A stretch of DNA of 61,579 nt, counting the filler, from Catajapyx aquilonaris (taxonomy: Eukaryota), in the NCBI GenBank assembly GCA_000934665.2. It is 3 parts of 3 records of this genome, joined end to end, with 100 filler letters (N's around TTAATTAATTAA, not from the genome) between each part and the next. Parts side by side here need not be neighbours in the genome. Positions count along the whole stretch, not along the records: positions 1 to 20,478 come from KZ539504.1; 2 more parts are not named here. The stretch is one strand, 5' to 3'. The translations under genes and the position numbers were made by a program. Within the stretch, counting starts at the first letter, position 1, and each line of letters opens with the position of its first letter. Below the pieces are notes generated by a model. It was given only the letters and a program-made list of their open reading frames with translations. It did no database searches and was not told the DNA's origin. Below, piece by piece: positions 1-11,045 of the stretch.

Positions 1-95
1 GGGTCCAATGTATACCACGGTCGGTCACTGGGGGGGGGAGGGGGGGGTCAAAAAGTGCCCGAAAATCGGTCACGTGGTTTATGGACGACCCCTTA
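1..95. mobile_element. Right end of a Harbinger-like MITE
   Basis: Ends GTCACGTGGTTTATGGACGACCCC|TTA after a G-rich run, a common MITE terminus. The other end lies outside the window. Confidence 0.5.
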
Positions 96-828
96 CAGAC
101 TGACACAAATTAGCCTACCTGAAGGCTTGTACCTTCCCCTGCATATGGAAAACTGCATAAAGTGGAAAGCAGGAATGTTTAACAAAAATACATAGCAATT
201 GTTTGATGGTCACCAATATAAAACTGTGTGTTAGTGTGTATGTATGTTGACAGTAAATTGTGACTAAAATTTGCACAAGATGGGCACTAACAATAGTCAA
301 CCTCCCTCATGTACTTTTACTGCTCAAAAAGATGGAGACGATTTTGTATTTGGATTCAATGCACAGGACCGTTGGATTACGAGGCGGCTGCTCTAAACAG
401 TATTGAGCGCACCAGATCTGTCATCACTCATATCTCGAAAATGGCTACGAAATGGGTCTCTTTGATGTTCACCAATGAATTCTACGCATGTTATTTACCC
501 ACTGAGCGATTTTCGGCCAAATCCATTATTATCACGTTGCGATGTTCCCTTGTAAGGAGGTTAGGAGTTCGTGGTTTATTCATGCACACCTTTTCTTCTG
601 AATAACCCCATAAAAATAAACGTGGAGCTGTGTGTGTGTTCACCCTGGAGGTGAAATTGCAGGCAAACGCAAGTAACCATAACGAGAAATTAATTGACAT
701 GGACATTATTTTGTAAAGCTTCATGACATTGCGTGCTTAAGTTCTTTTTATTGAAAAATATACGTAGTGTCTGAGAATATCCGCTGCTTTCATATTGCCA
801 AAAACCCTGTGCAGAATCGTACATGTCA

Positions 829-1120
829 GGGAGGCATGGTGGTCTGGTGGTTACGCCGCTGGCCAGCGAAGCGGGAGGCTGGAGTTCAAATCCCGTCCCC
901 GTCACCTCTGCTTGGCCGGGTCTTTTTCCGCTTTTAGCCCGACATGCCGGGTCCGAATTGAACTCCCTACTCTGCCCAGGGCCAGGAGAAAAGGTCTGGT
1001 GTATTTCAGAAAGTCGGAAATGACTATAATTACAGCGCCCTCCCTCGGGAACCTCCCCTTCCCCCCTGAAAGGGCTCCGCCCTATCACGGGGTAAATTTA
1101 AAAAAGAAGAAGAAGAAAAA
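829..1120 (+). mobile_element. tRNA-derived SINE (family 3)
   Basis: A-box-like TGGTCTGGTGG, B-box GAGTTCAAATCC, a 3' CCCC...GGGGTAA stem and an A-rich tail. Confidence 0.65.
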
Positions 1121-1783
1121 ATTGTGCATGTTCGTACGTTACCAGAAATATAGTCAATGAAAACAACCGTACATCTGCTTCATATGGAATAAATTTGGCA
1201 CGAGGTGCATCCTTGGACATCCTACTTCAACATAATATTTGAGAACTCATAGTTGCCGGTCTAAATTAGCAGACTTGTCGGTGTACGTGTATTCCGATGC
1301 AGAACCTTCCATTCCGTCCGCGTCCATACGTGACCATTCCACTTCGCATGTCCAACAATCCCTTAAACGAGATTAAACGACTTCCAATGAGTGCTTTAGA
1401 AAGTTTTTGATGGTGTGCGCCGACTGCAGTGCTTAGATCACAAATCCATTTCATAATACACCCTTCCTGAATATAGAACCACGGAAATAACATAATATTT
1501 GGTTGTACATTACAACAGGAATTGCCCTTGTGCAACCCAACCTAAAGCTAAACAGATAACAAGCAGAGGTTTATTATTGTATAATGGTTGCAGTTGTTAA
1601 TAATAATAACCATTAATTAATTATTGATGGACCTAAAGAGAAACTCATTGCAGATATTATGTATAGTCTCAGATACAAATAAAAAATAAAAATAATACAC
1701 CAAGTACCTGGCGTCGAATTTGCTTAGTAATTGTTGTGCATTGCATGAAATTAAATAAGGTATTAAAGGATATATTCAGCAAA

Positions 1784-2019
1784 TCTTCTATATAAATAAA
1801 GCAGTTTGTGATCTGTCTGTCTTTCTGTCTGTCTGTCTGTCCGCCTCGAATGCCAACCGTCATCTGTGGTCTGCCTGCTACACCTCCATCTTCTCCCATC
1901 CTTCTGACCCTGCCTTCCTTTAATTAAGATTCTTAATTACATGTATTCTTTTTTTGTCTGCCCTTTTCAGCTTGCTTTCCATTCATTTCTTCCCGACCAA
2001 CGCCGGGTATCGCACCTAG
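1784..2019 (+). mobile_element. Non-autonomous Helitron
   Basis: A|TC start (TCTTCTATATAAATAAA) followed by a (TCTG)n microsatellite, a 3' hairpin (CCCGACCAACGCCGGG) and a CTAG|T end. Confidence 0.7.
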
Positions 2020-2327
2020 TGAATAATATACAGGGTATTCCGTGTATGCAGCTCATTTTAATGAACCCTTTGCGGCATAGTGTTTGCAATTGCAAACACC
2101 CGGAAAGATTTTTCCCCGCCGTAATGGATAGTGTTTGCAAAATAAAAACACCATGAATGTCTGCTAGCTACTGCCCTCTATAAGGGACAAACTCGAAACT
2201 TCCAAAGAAAAAGCAGCTCTGCTGGATCCGGCCCATTGTAATGGGGCACTCTTTGACGTCTGCACGTGCGTGTCTGTGCGATTTTTCTTCCTGGGTGTCC
2301 CTCAAGTCTGAAACTATAGGACTTTGC

Positions 2328-2697
2328 TATTACATTGTTGTAGTATATGGTTACCATACATACATGTATATGTATCCCAAAGAGTTCTGCTATATTATAT
2401 ATACACCTAGAGGAGGCACTCGGGCTGAAATGTGAGGCAGGCAACAATGCAGGCAACAATATGACCTCCAACAAGATGGCGGACGCCTGACATTATTGAA
2501 CTAATTGTCGCCCAGTTGTCATTATTGGTTGTTGTCCCAGTTGCTAGACAACTGTTGGAACAACAATATGACCTCCAACAAGATGGCGGCTGCCTCAGCC
2601 TGTCTAATGGAAAAGGATAGGGAGTACCTCCTCTAGGTATTATATTATATAATAGCAGAACTCTTTGATGTATCCATACACTACAACAATGTAACAG
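2328..2697. mobile_element. Foldback/MITE nested in a CAGGGTG-type Tc1/mariner MITE (~2031-2722)
   Basis: Inverted arms TTACATTGTTGTAGT..CAAAGAGTTCTGCTA..ACCTAGAGGAGG. Outer ends are TA|CAGGGTATTCC and GGAACACCCTG|TA. Confidence 0.6.
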
Positions 2698-2784
2698 GAA
2701 ACTCCTATGGTGGAACACCCTGTACATCGAAGCCTTCGATACATAATTGTGCCATTTTCTCATTCAGAACAGTATCAATTCAGG

Positions 2785-3141
2785 GCATTTTTTTTTTGTT
2801 TGTTTTGTTTGTTTTTTTTTTGCTGCATTACCCCATATCTACACATATATGGGGGGTGGATTACCACCATCGGGATTATTTTTGGAGCGAGTCAAGATTT
2901 AATCTTGTTAGTATGCTCCAAGGTAATTAGGAGGGGATGTGCAAAGTGCGTGTGCGCGGGCGAGTAGTGGTCATTTTGTGAACTCCCCCGGGTGGCTTAG
3001 TCTATCGGAAATTGCCACCCGAAACGAAGCCAGAGATGGCCCAACTCTGCATGAAAGAAGGTGGGAACCCCGGGTGGGGATTGAACCCGGGACCTTAACT
3101 TCCGTGGGCGCGCGCGTTACCGCGGCGCCACTCCGTCTCCC
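2785..3141 (-). mobile_element. tRNA-Arg-like SINE family 1, tail type B
   Basis: Reverse complement of the family consensus GGGAGRCGGAGTGGCGC..CGGTAACGCG..CCCACGGA..GGTTCRATCCC. Confidence 0.85.
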
Positions 3142-3602
3142 TGGTTCAGGGCAAAATGGAAAGGGCAGGAATTTGTTTTTGTAAAGCCAACAACTTGTAA
3201 TATTACAGGTGTTTCCATTTGGGTACATTGTTGTGAGACAATAACGACACAACAGTGATTATGCACAGATTCAGTTGGCCATGCTCTACAGGCAATGTTG
3301 CATTGTGCTGCTGAAAATTATTTTTTAAACGTGTGCTACAGAGTAAAATAAATAGTTTTGGAGTGGCAGTTCTTCACTATTATTTCTTACTGTTTTCAAA
3401 GATTCGCTCAATGTGCCATGATGATGGCAAGCTGAAAATACCTCATTCATACATAAGTATGTAAGGAATAACTTTGTTATATTTTTTCCTGCCTAACTGA
3501 TGCTCACTGATCATGTCATGTGACTTTTTATTAACCCAGATATGCCGGGAAAAATTTTGTTGAATTTTTTTGTTTCTATTAGTTCATATTACTTCCCAAA
3601 AA

Positions 3603-4043
3603 TACATTAGGTTGTGTCAGGGACACAAGCCACAGCATTTGTGAGCTCAACCTACATTATGTTTCACTTTTCTCGACTATATTGGTGGGGGCATGCAGGT
3701 GTGAATGCGTCTTTAAAATCGGATCAGGGGGCATGCAGGTAAACTCGAGCATTACAGAAAAGCGTCGGTTATAGCAGACTCGGTTATAGCATACTCAGTT
3801 ATAATAGACTGTAATGCTTTTCTGTAACGCTAGAGTTTGCCTGCAAGCCGCTGCCATTGGCCCCCTGGCAGGGCCCTGCTGTAACGCTTTTCTGTAATGA
3901 TTTTTTGCAACGCTCGAGTTTGCCTGCATGCCCCCGCCATGGGTCCCCCGCCATGGCCCCCTGGCAGGACCCTGCTGTAACGCTTTTCTGTAACGCTCTA
4001 GTTTGCCTGCATGCCCCCTGATCCGATTTTAAAGACGCATCCA
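3603..4043. repeat. MITE-like repeat; inverted second copy at 14587-14910
   Basis: Internal inverted arms GCGTCTTTAAAATCGGATCAGGGGGCATGCAGG and a shared flank ACATTAGGTTGTGTC in both copies. Confidence 0.75.
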
Positions 4044-4051
4044 CATCAAAA

Positions 4052-4378
4052 GGGAGGCGAAGTGGCGCTGCGGTAACGTATACGCCCATGGATGTTCAGA
4101 TCCCGGTTCGATCCCAGCCCGGGGTCACCCCATTCATCTCGTGCAGAGTTGGGCTGTCTCTGGCTTCATCTCGGGTGGTATTACCGATAAGACAAACCAC
4201 CCAGGGGGGTTCACAAAAAGACATTAGCAATGACATTGCACTGCACCTCCCCTCCTGTCATCCTGCCTGTGGGCCCGGGCGCTTCAAAAATCAGGTTCCA
4301 CAGTATGTACAATAAAGATACAATAAAGGTCCGTACCGCATACCCCAAGAGGATGAGGCACTACCCAAGGATAATTAT
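4052..4378 (+). mobile_element. SINE family 1, tail type A
   Basis: Pol III A and B boxes plus the shared body GTGCAGAGTTGGG..TCTCTGGCTTC..TTCACAAAA..GACATTGCAC. Confidence 0.85.
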
Positions 4379-5250
4379 TTATATGTGTGTGTATATATAT
4401 AAAAGAGCGCCTTTCCAAATCTCTAGACTATATATACTATAGTATAGAGATTCGGAAAGGCGCTGTCAAGTGAGCACCTCCCGCAAACGGCGATAAGAGG
4501 TGGTGACCAGACCTTAGTATTCTAAGGCCATGGTCTGGACCAATTCCACCCCAATAGTACAAGGTTCTAGTACAGTGGTTCCTAACCACAAAGGGTTTTC
4601 CAGGGGCTCACCGTGGTTGTTCTTGCATTAACTCTCAGCCTGAATAATTATGCAGTTGTTTGCCTGATGCCAGTACAACCATCTCATTAACCTGTTGAGG
4701 GCCAGGTGTTTTTGTTTTGTTTTTTTAACCCCCGATGTGGAAGTGACATTAATGAATAACAACTTCGTGCCAAAATTAATCATTTTAATTCGTGGTGGGC
4801 CTTTTAAATGTAAAATGATGGGGAAAAAAATCATCTACAGGGTGTCCCAGAAATATTTTTTAAATGGTTGTCTGGCTCTCAGAACGTCTATAGGCTTACC
4901 GAGTTTACATAGTCACTATACACTGTTATTATGGTTGCATAATATTACCACAACACTGTACTATGAGAAACTCTCAAGGGTCCAACTTTATGTGACACCT
5001 TGTACTCAGGGCGTTTGTTTACATGAAAGATGACGCGACAGCCGCGAGCCGCGTGTCCTTGGCATGTTCGACTCAGCTTGACTCCCGCCCAGTGCATTGT
5101 GGGAGGGTCATGGTAGTTTAGCCACCATCCAAGAGATGCCAGGAGTATATTGATCTGAATTTGGAACTTCAATGTTCGAATTCTCTGTGCATATTTTAGC
5201 GCGCCAAATTCAAACATCCACAGACCCTCATATGAGGGTCATGGCCCTCA

Positions 5251-5619
5251 ATAATAATAATATTAATAATAATAATAATAATAATATAATAATTGATAGG
5301 GTATTCGGCGAGCCCCAGGGGGGCCTTCTGCCAGACCTTTATTATGATGGTATACAATTTTGGAATCCTATTTTTGAAGCGCCCGGGCCCACGGGCAGGA
5401 TGACAGGAGGGGATGTGCAAAGTGCAGTGAATCTGACGCTGTGGCCATTTTTAGTGAACTCCCCCGGGTGGTTTAGTCTGTAGGAAATACCACCAGAGAC
5501 GAAGCCAGAGGTGACCCTGAACTCTGCACGAGATGAAGGGGGTGTCCCCGGGCTGGGATCGAACCCGGGACCTTAACATCCGTGGGCTCGCACGTTACCG
5601 CAGCGCCACTCCGTCTCCC
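5251..5619 (-). mobile_element. SINE family 1, tail type A, with TSD TGGCCCTCAATA
   Basis: Shared head and body, an (ATT)n tail, and a direct repeat at 5242 and 5621. Confidence 0.85.
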
Positions 5620-5628
5620 TTGGCCCTC

Positions 5629-5682
<54 letters not shown>

Positions 5683-5689
5683 TGTATGA

Positions 5690-6017
5690 GGGAGATGAAG
5701 TGGCGCCGCGGTAACGCGCGCGCCCACGGATATGAAGGTCCCGGGTTCAATCCCCACCCGGGGTTCCCACCTTTATCCGTGCAGAGTTGGGCCATCTCTG
5801 GCTTCATTTCGGGTGGCAATTTCCGACAGACTAAGCCACCCGGGGGAGTTCACAAAATGGCTGTTTGAGACATTGCACATGCACTTTGCACATCCCCTCC
5901 TACCTACCTTTGGAACACACTAAATACTATCTTAGTATACCAGCTCCACCCAGATGGTGGTATTCCACCCCCCCTAAAGGAGCTGTAACTCCCAATGGGG
6001 TAATACAAAAAAAAAAA

Positions 6018-6062
<45 letters not shown>
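5690..6062 (+). mobile_element. SINE family 1, tail type B
   Basis: Shared head and body, a GATGGTGGTATTCCACCCC tail, then poly-A and (AAT)n. Confidence 0.85.
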
Positions 6063-6065
6063 TGT

Positions 6066-6379
6066 GGGTTAGTGCTCACCCTTGCGGGCATCAGCACAGC
6101 CTTTGTTCAAGATGGTACAAGTTTGGAACCTTTGACGAAACGCCCGGGCCCACGGGCGGGATGACAGGAGGGGATGTGCAAAGTGTAGTGCAATGCTGTA
6201 CGAGGTCATTTTGTGAACTCCCCCGGGTGGATTTGTCTATTGGAGATTCCACCCAGAAACGAAGCCAGAGACGACCCACACTCTGCACGGGATGAAGGGG
6301 GTGTCCCCGGGCGGGATTTGATCCCGGGACCTTAACATCCGTGGGCGCGCACGTTACCGTGGCGCCACTCCGTCTCCCC
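6066..6379 (-). mobile_element. SINE family 1, tail type A
   Basis: Shared head and body, followed by ATGGCCCTCAATA at 6381. Confidence 0.85.
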
Positions 6380-6421
6380 TATGGCCCTCAATAGGTTAAA
6401 TGTTGGGTTGATTCAATATTA

Positions 6422-7023
6422 CAGTAAAACTTCCATAAATCGAACTTCCCTAAGTCGAAGTTCTCTATAAGTCAAAGAAAATGACGAGCTTGGTTGGTCA
6501 CAATGTAAAATAATAGGAAATAAACTTTCCTAACTCGAATTTCTATAACTCGAAGTTCTCCATAACTCGAAGTGCAGGCAGAGCTTTATGATGGGATATC
6601 AATGCATTTTCAGTCTCCCTAAGTCCAAGTTCATGTTGGCGAGTATACGGTATTCTCATTTCCCAGCCTAAGGGTTGAGAGTAGGGCGCATGTACAGAAA
6701 GACTCAATTTCCTGATCTCAGTCTACCAGACGTACCGTACAGAAAGAAGTGTTTGACTCGATTGTGACAATTGAATCCTTGAATCTAAGTGTAGGCGAAT
6801 GTCCATAACGGAGATTTTTTTACAACAAAACAACGAGGAACATTGTAAGTGTGATAGTGGCAGTTATTTTTAAGTTTTGAACATCTTTCGTCGCTGGATA
6901 TAAAGGCAGGCTTCCTTATCGAGTTATGTGCTTAAAAAAATCCAAACTTCTCGAACTCGAATCTTCTATACCTCGAAGTTTTTTCCTGGTCCCGTGGAGA
7001 TTCGACTTATAGAAGTTTTACTG
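6422..7023. mobile_element. pogo/Tigger-type MITE
   Basis: TA|CAGTAAAACTTCCATAAATCGAA...TTCGACTTATAGAAGTTTTACTG|TA with sub-terminal TAACTCGAA repeats. Confidence 0.8.
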
Positions 7024-7391
7024 TATGTAATCCTTATGTTATGAAAATATTTTGTTTTCTTTGCCGTACAAAAATGCAATTTTACGCAAATGTGTGTGTG
7101 GGGGGGGGGGGNGGGTTGGGACTCGAGAAAGGTTGAGAGCCACTGTTCTAGTAGGTACAAAAATAATACAGGTCCATTTGGTATAGCAATTGTGGGAAAA
7201 AGGACTACCCTAATGATGATGGAAAATTTCTACTACCATTAGCTCACTACTACTGCTGCAGCACTAAAACTTGTATATGGTGGAATCACTCCTTTCTGTA
7301 CGACATTGTGTAATACCAGGGGCGGATCCGCAGAGGAATTTTGGGGGAGGAACTACTTTGTAATGTTGCGCCCCCCCCCCCCCCCCCCCCT

Positions 7392-7516
7392 NNNNNNNNN
7401 NNNNNNNNNNNNNNNNNNNNNNNNNNNNNNNNNNNNNNNNNNNNNNNNNNNNNNNNNNNNNNNNNNNNNNNNNNNNNNNNNNNNNNNNNNNNNNNNNNNN
7501 NNNNNNNNNNNNNNNN
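7392..7516. other. Assembly gap inside a poly-C tract
   Basis: 125 N flanked by C runs, within a CAGGGGCGGATCC-type MITE. Confidence 0.9.
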
Positions 7517-7619
7517 CCCCCCCCCCCCCCCACCCGTGGATCTGAAATACGCAAGGGGACCATGGACAATACTAAATTAGGGACAATAATTTAGGAAGCT
7601 GTTACACCTCTGTATTGGT

Positions 7620-8004
7620 GACCAGCCTGAGCCTGGACCTTTATTAATGTCTTAATGTACGTTGTACACGACTGGAACCTTTTTGCGAAGCGCCTGGGTC
7701 CGCGGGCAGGGTGACTGGGAGGGGATGTGCAAGGTGCAACTGCAATGCATCAAATGGTACATTTTGTGAACTCCCCCGGATGGATTAGTCTAGTGGAGAT
7801 GCCACCTGAGACTAAGCCAGAGATACTGCTCGGTGTGGTGAGTTCCCGTGTGTGGTTCGTCTCAAGGAATTCCACCCAAGATGGAGCCAGAAATGACCCA
7901 ACTCTGCATGAGATGAAAGAGAAAAATGCTCAGGCTTGGGATCGAACCCGGGACCTGAACATCCATGGGCACGTACATTACTGCAGTGCCACTCCTCCTT
8001 CCCT
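7620..8004 (-). mobile_element. SINE family 1 with an internal partial duplication
   Basis: Shared head and body. The segment CCACC..AGA..GCCAGA occurs twice (about 7800 and 7872). Confidence 0.75.
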
Positions 8005-8066
8005 GAAATGTACTAAATATGCTTATTGGAACATGGCCCAAGTTGTTACCTTTACATAAGGTATAA

Positions 8067-8418
8067 AGGGGAGAGGTGTGGTGGCCGAGATGGTAACGTC
8101 TCGGCTTGCTGAGTGAAAGGCCTCAGGTTCGATCCCCGCCTGGGGAACTTTCCTTTCACCTGCGTCAGGAGGGTCTCTGACCTGCACCAAGGAGGTGTCT
8201 GGCAACCTAACCTCCTGGGGAACAGCACATGACCCATAGCTACGACATTGCACCTTGCACCCATGTTTCCTCCCCAAAAATCCCTATCCTTTCCCATTGT
8301 CCCTGTTTCCTTGCACCGGAGAATGAAGTGAAAATATATATACAGAAAACTGATGGTGGTATGCCACCCCCCTAGAGCTCCCGTAAGGGACATCACAGGG
8401 TAAAATAAAATAATAATT
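8067..8418 (+). mobile_element. tRNA-derived SINE family 2 (Ser-like head)
   Basis: TGGCCGAGATGG A-box and GGTTCGATCCC B-box. A closely similar inverted copy lies at 43578-43968. Confidence 0.85.
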
Positions 8419-8437
8419 TTTTTAAAAAATGGTATAA

Positions 8438-9094
8438 AGGCTGTTTTACAAATTAGCTTTTCGCGTTATAAAGCGACTTCATAAGGCCGGACGGCAAGCA
8501 AAGCGCGCGGCAGACCAATTTACCAAAAGACAACACGCAGCACACAGCCGTGATTTGCTGTCGGAAGAGCGAGCTGCCGGCAGAGCGAGCTGCCGGCAGA
8601 GCGAGCTGCCGGCTTCAAATTCTCCAGAAGTCCGACTGCATGCTGTCATGTTGAGCCAATCGGAAGGAGGGTCGTCCAGTCCCATGACATCCACGCCCCC
8701 CTCACCTCCTCTCCTCCTCGTCCCCCCTGCCTTGCTTCTTTACCCCCTATGTTTTTTCCAGTCCGCCTGGCCGCTAATGTCCCATCCTTTTGCCCCCGTC
8801 CCATCCGCCTTCGCTCCGTATGTGGTCTGGGACACTGCCCTCACCTGGCTAACCGCCCCGGAGCGTGCCCCGAGCCCGCCCAACCCCAGGTTGGCCTAGC
8901 GCACGTACTTCACCGACCCTCTCCTCATACTTGCCCATACCTTCTCATACCTTGCTGCGAGCGGCAACCTTTTCGTAAATTGACACACGGCAGGAACACA
9001 CGGCTCTTTGCTGCCCACCTATATGCAGCGACGACTTGCAGTTTGCTGGATGAAGTCGCTTTATAACGTGAAAAGGGAATTCGTAAAACAGCCT
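8438..9094. mobile_element. PIF/Harbinger-like MITE with a C-rich interior and a 3x16-bp tandem repeat
   Basis: ~45-bp TIR AGGCTGTTTTAC...GTTATAAAGCGACTTCAT, TAA and TTA flanks, and (AGAGCGAGCTGCCGGC)3 near 8566-8613. Confidence 0.7.
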
Positions 9095-9245
9095 TTAGTC
9101 ATTCAATGTTACAATTTTGTATCAAATCTTGCATTGAAATTGTTATTCTTCTCAGAACAAGTGGATAAGGAGGGCCTACCAATTTGTCCTACCAACATGC
9201 ATTAATTATTATTCATATATAGTCTGACATAAATTTTTCTTGCAG

Positions 9246-11045
9246 ATCATCTTCAAGGGGAGGTGTCACTCTGGATTCCCTTCCAAACATCAGCTGCAGC
9301 TGTGACAACTATGTACAAAGGCAAGTAGCAATGTAGCTTTCAACCATGAGCAATGTGATGACTGTTTTTTCTTCTCCAGAGTCAGCAGAGCAGGCTCGCA
9401 AAAGCGTGGAATTGGGATTTCAGTCAGGCTACCGGCGAAGGACCATGGAGTTGCTTAACTGGCTGCAAAAGAAGCGGAAGCACATTAGCCGTGAGGATAT
9501 CATATCTTACCTGGCAGGCAGAACCACTCCATCAAGGTCCCAAGCCCGGTAAGTTCATTTTTCCTACTAGCATCAACCTGATACAGTAAAATCTCAGTTT
9601 ATTGTTTTCATCTGGGACCTGGGAAAATAATAAATGCTGTGACCTTTATAAAATTGAAAAATAGTTCCGTTTGCCTGTATGCATTTACTACATCAAAAAA
9701 TGTGCATGAATGTTATTTTCCACTGTAATGTCCAATTTGCATTACTTTTTTGAAAAAGAGCTATTATGTTTCATTTGTTGATTAGCATATTTCCTTCTCA
9801 ATCTGAACAATAAATATTCCATATTCACCATGTTTGCTTGGTCTATTTCGGTGATGTGAGTATGCACAAATGGTTTCATGGACTAGAATTCGGTAAAACT
9901 TAGTACTGGTTCAGGCTGCCTTAATCATCATCACCCCTTTTTCCTCCAGCTTGTTGTCTGGCAGGATTCCGAAAGCAAGTGATAATTTTCAGCTCCCATT
10001 TCCCTGGTCCTGGAGCCATATGTTAGTGTGACTTTTGGGTTACAGCGCCCTCACTCTCCATCATGTGGCCCTGCTGGGCATGGTCCGTCACATTGCCCGA
10101 GGAGTTTAGTGAGAGTTGTGAGCTGGGCACTTATTGTGGGTTTGCATTAACACCGTTACTCTCCATCTTGTGTGCTGCAGGTCAAGGAACCTTATTGTTG
10201 CTTTGCCAACCTGTATCATATTGTGGTGCTGAAATTGTGGCACCACAAACTTGCAAATATCGTTGTGCTTTCGGAAGGTCACGTGCAAAGTCACATGCTT
10301 AACTGTACAGAATCCAAAAAACTATTTGCTATGCCACATCTCAAAAACAATAACTGGTGTTTCTACTACCAATGCATATTTACATTTGTGTGTGTGGTTT
10401 TGCTCTTTCTTAAAATTGATCAGTCTGGGATTGATGTTCATTGGGACCAAAAATTCTGACCATTATAATTATGTGGGAAAACAATAATTCGAGGAGCAAA
10501 TGATGTGCATTGTTTTAATTTCCGGAGCTTCCATAGGATTTATTCCAGGACCCTAGAAGTTGAACTAAGTGTCCGGGAAAGTGATCCATCCAAGAATAAT
10601 AGATCAAGGTTTCCCTACAGTGATCTATGGCTGAGTTTTAACAATATGTGATCCTTGCAGAACCTCACCGAAACCTCGCTGTCCTGTGGATCTACCTCCC
10701 CGTTGCTACCCCAGCACTACAAGCACCGAGAGTCTGCACGCTTTTGTGCCACCCACGCATGAATCTTCCGATGATTTAGAACAGAATCTCCACACCTTCC
10801 GAGAAGCTTTGGCTTTTTCTGGTAAATTAGGTCTTAATGCTAGTGGTATGCAAGAGTGCTGTTATGACTCCACTTTCTTTACAGTTCCTGCAAGCAAGCG
10901 CCGTAACAGCCCACATCAGATGTCTGATCTGAATGCATTCATCAGCAGTGAGTTCGCTCGCCATGGAAAGCGTCCTGCTCCCAGTAGCCCCCCTCACGAC
11001 GTTAACATGGACTCTCCCACCCACAAGCGTGCCCGACTGATATGA
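9246..11045 (+). CDS. HAPSTR1: HAPSTR1 / C16orf72 (UPF0472) orthologue, 5'-partial. Exons 9246-9320, 9380-9548, 10661-10821, 10885-11045
   Basis: Spliced translation (D)HLQGEVSLWIPFQTSAAAVTTMYK-ESAEQARKSVELGFQSGYRRRTMELLNWLQKKRKHISREDIISYLAG...LHTFREAL...DLNAFISSEFARH...DSPTHKRARLI* matches the remembered HAPSTR1 motifs (LWVPFQNAATAVTNLYKES; C-terminal DSPTHKRNRMI). Splice phases are consistent. The first coding exon was not found in the window. Confidence 0.9.

Larger units (their letters stand above)
4573..7145. mobile_element. hAT (Charlie-like) non-autonomous element expanded by nested insertions
   Basis: CAGTGGTTCCTAACC...GGTTGAGAGCCACTG with a perfect 8-bp TSD TTCTAGTA (4565-4572 and 7146-7153). 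Confidence 0.75.

Noticed and set aside
4052..4125. tRNA-Arg-like gene (and similar heads elsewhere)
   Set aside because: The acceptor and anticodon stems do not pair, and the sequence continues into a multi-copy SINE body.
5172..6164. Poly-Asn, poly-Ile and poly-Leu ORFs
   Set aside because: Translations of (AAT)n SINE tails.
6440..6575. Short TAACTCGAA repeats resembling a CRISPR-like array
   Set aside because: They are sub-terminal repeats of a Tigger MITE, with no unique spacers, in a eukaryotic context.
8479..9066. Pro/Ser-rich ORFs or a promoter for HAPSTR1
   Set aside because: They lie inside a TIR-bounded MITE and show no similarity to the expected HAPSTR1 N-terminus.
9583..10620. 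Possible Tigger transposase remnant in a HAPSTR1 intron
   Set aside because: A left CAGTAAAA end is visible, but the right end and coding motifs are too degenerate to support a call.
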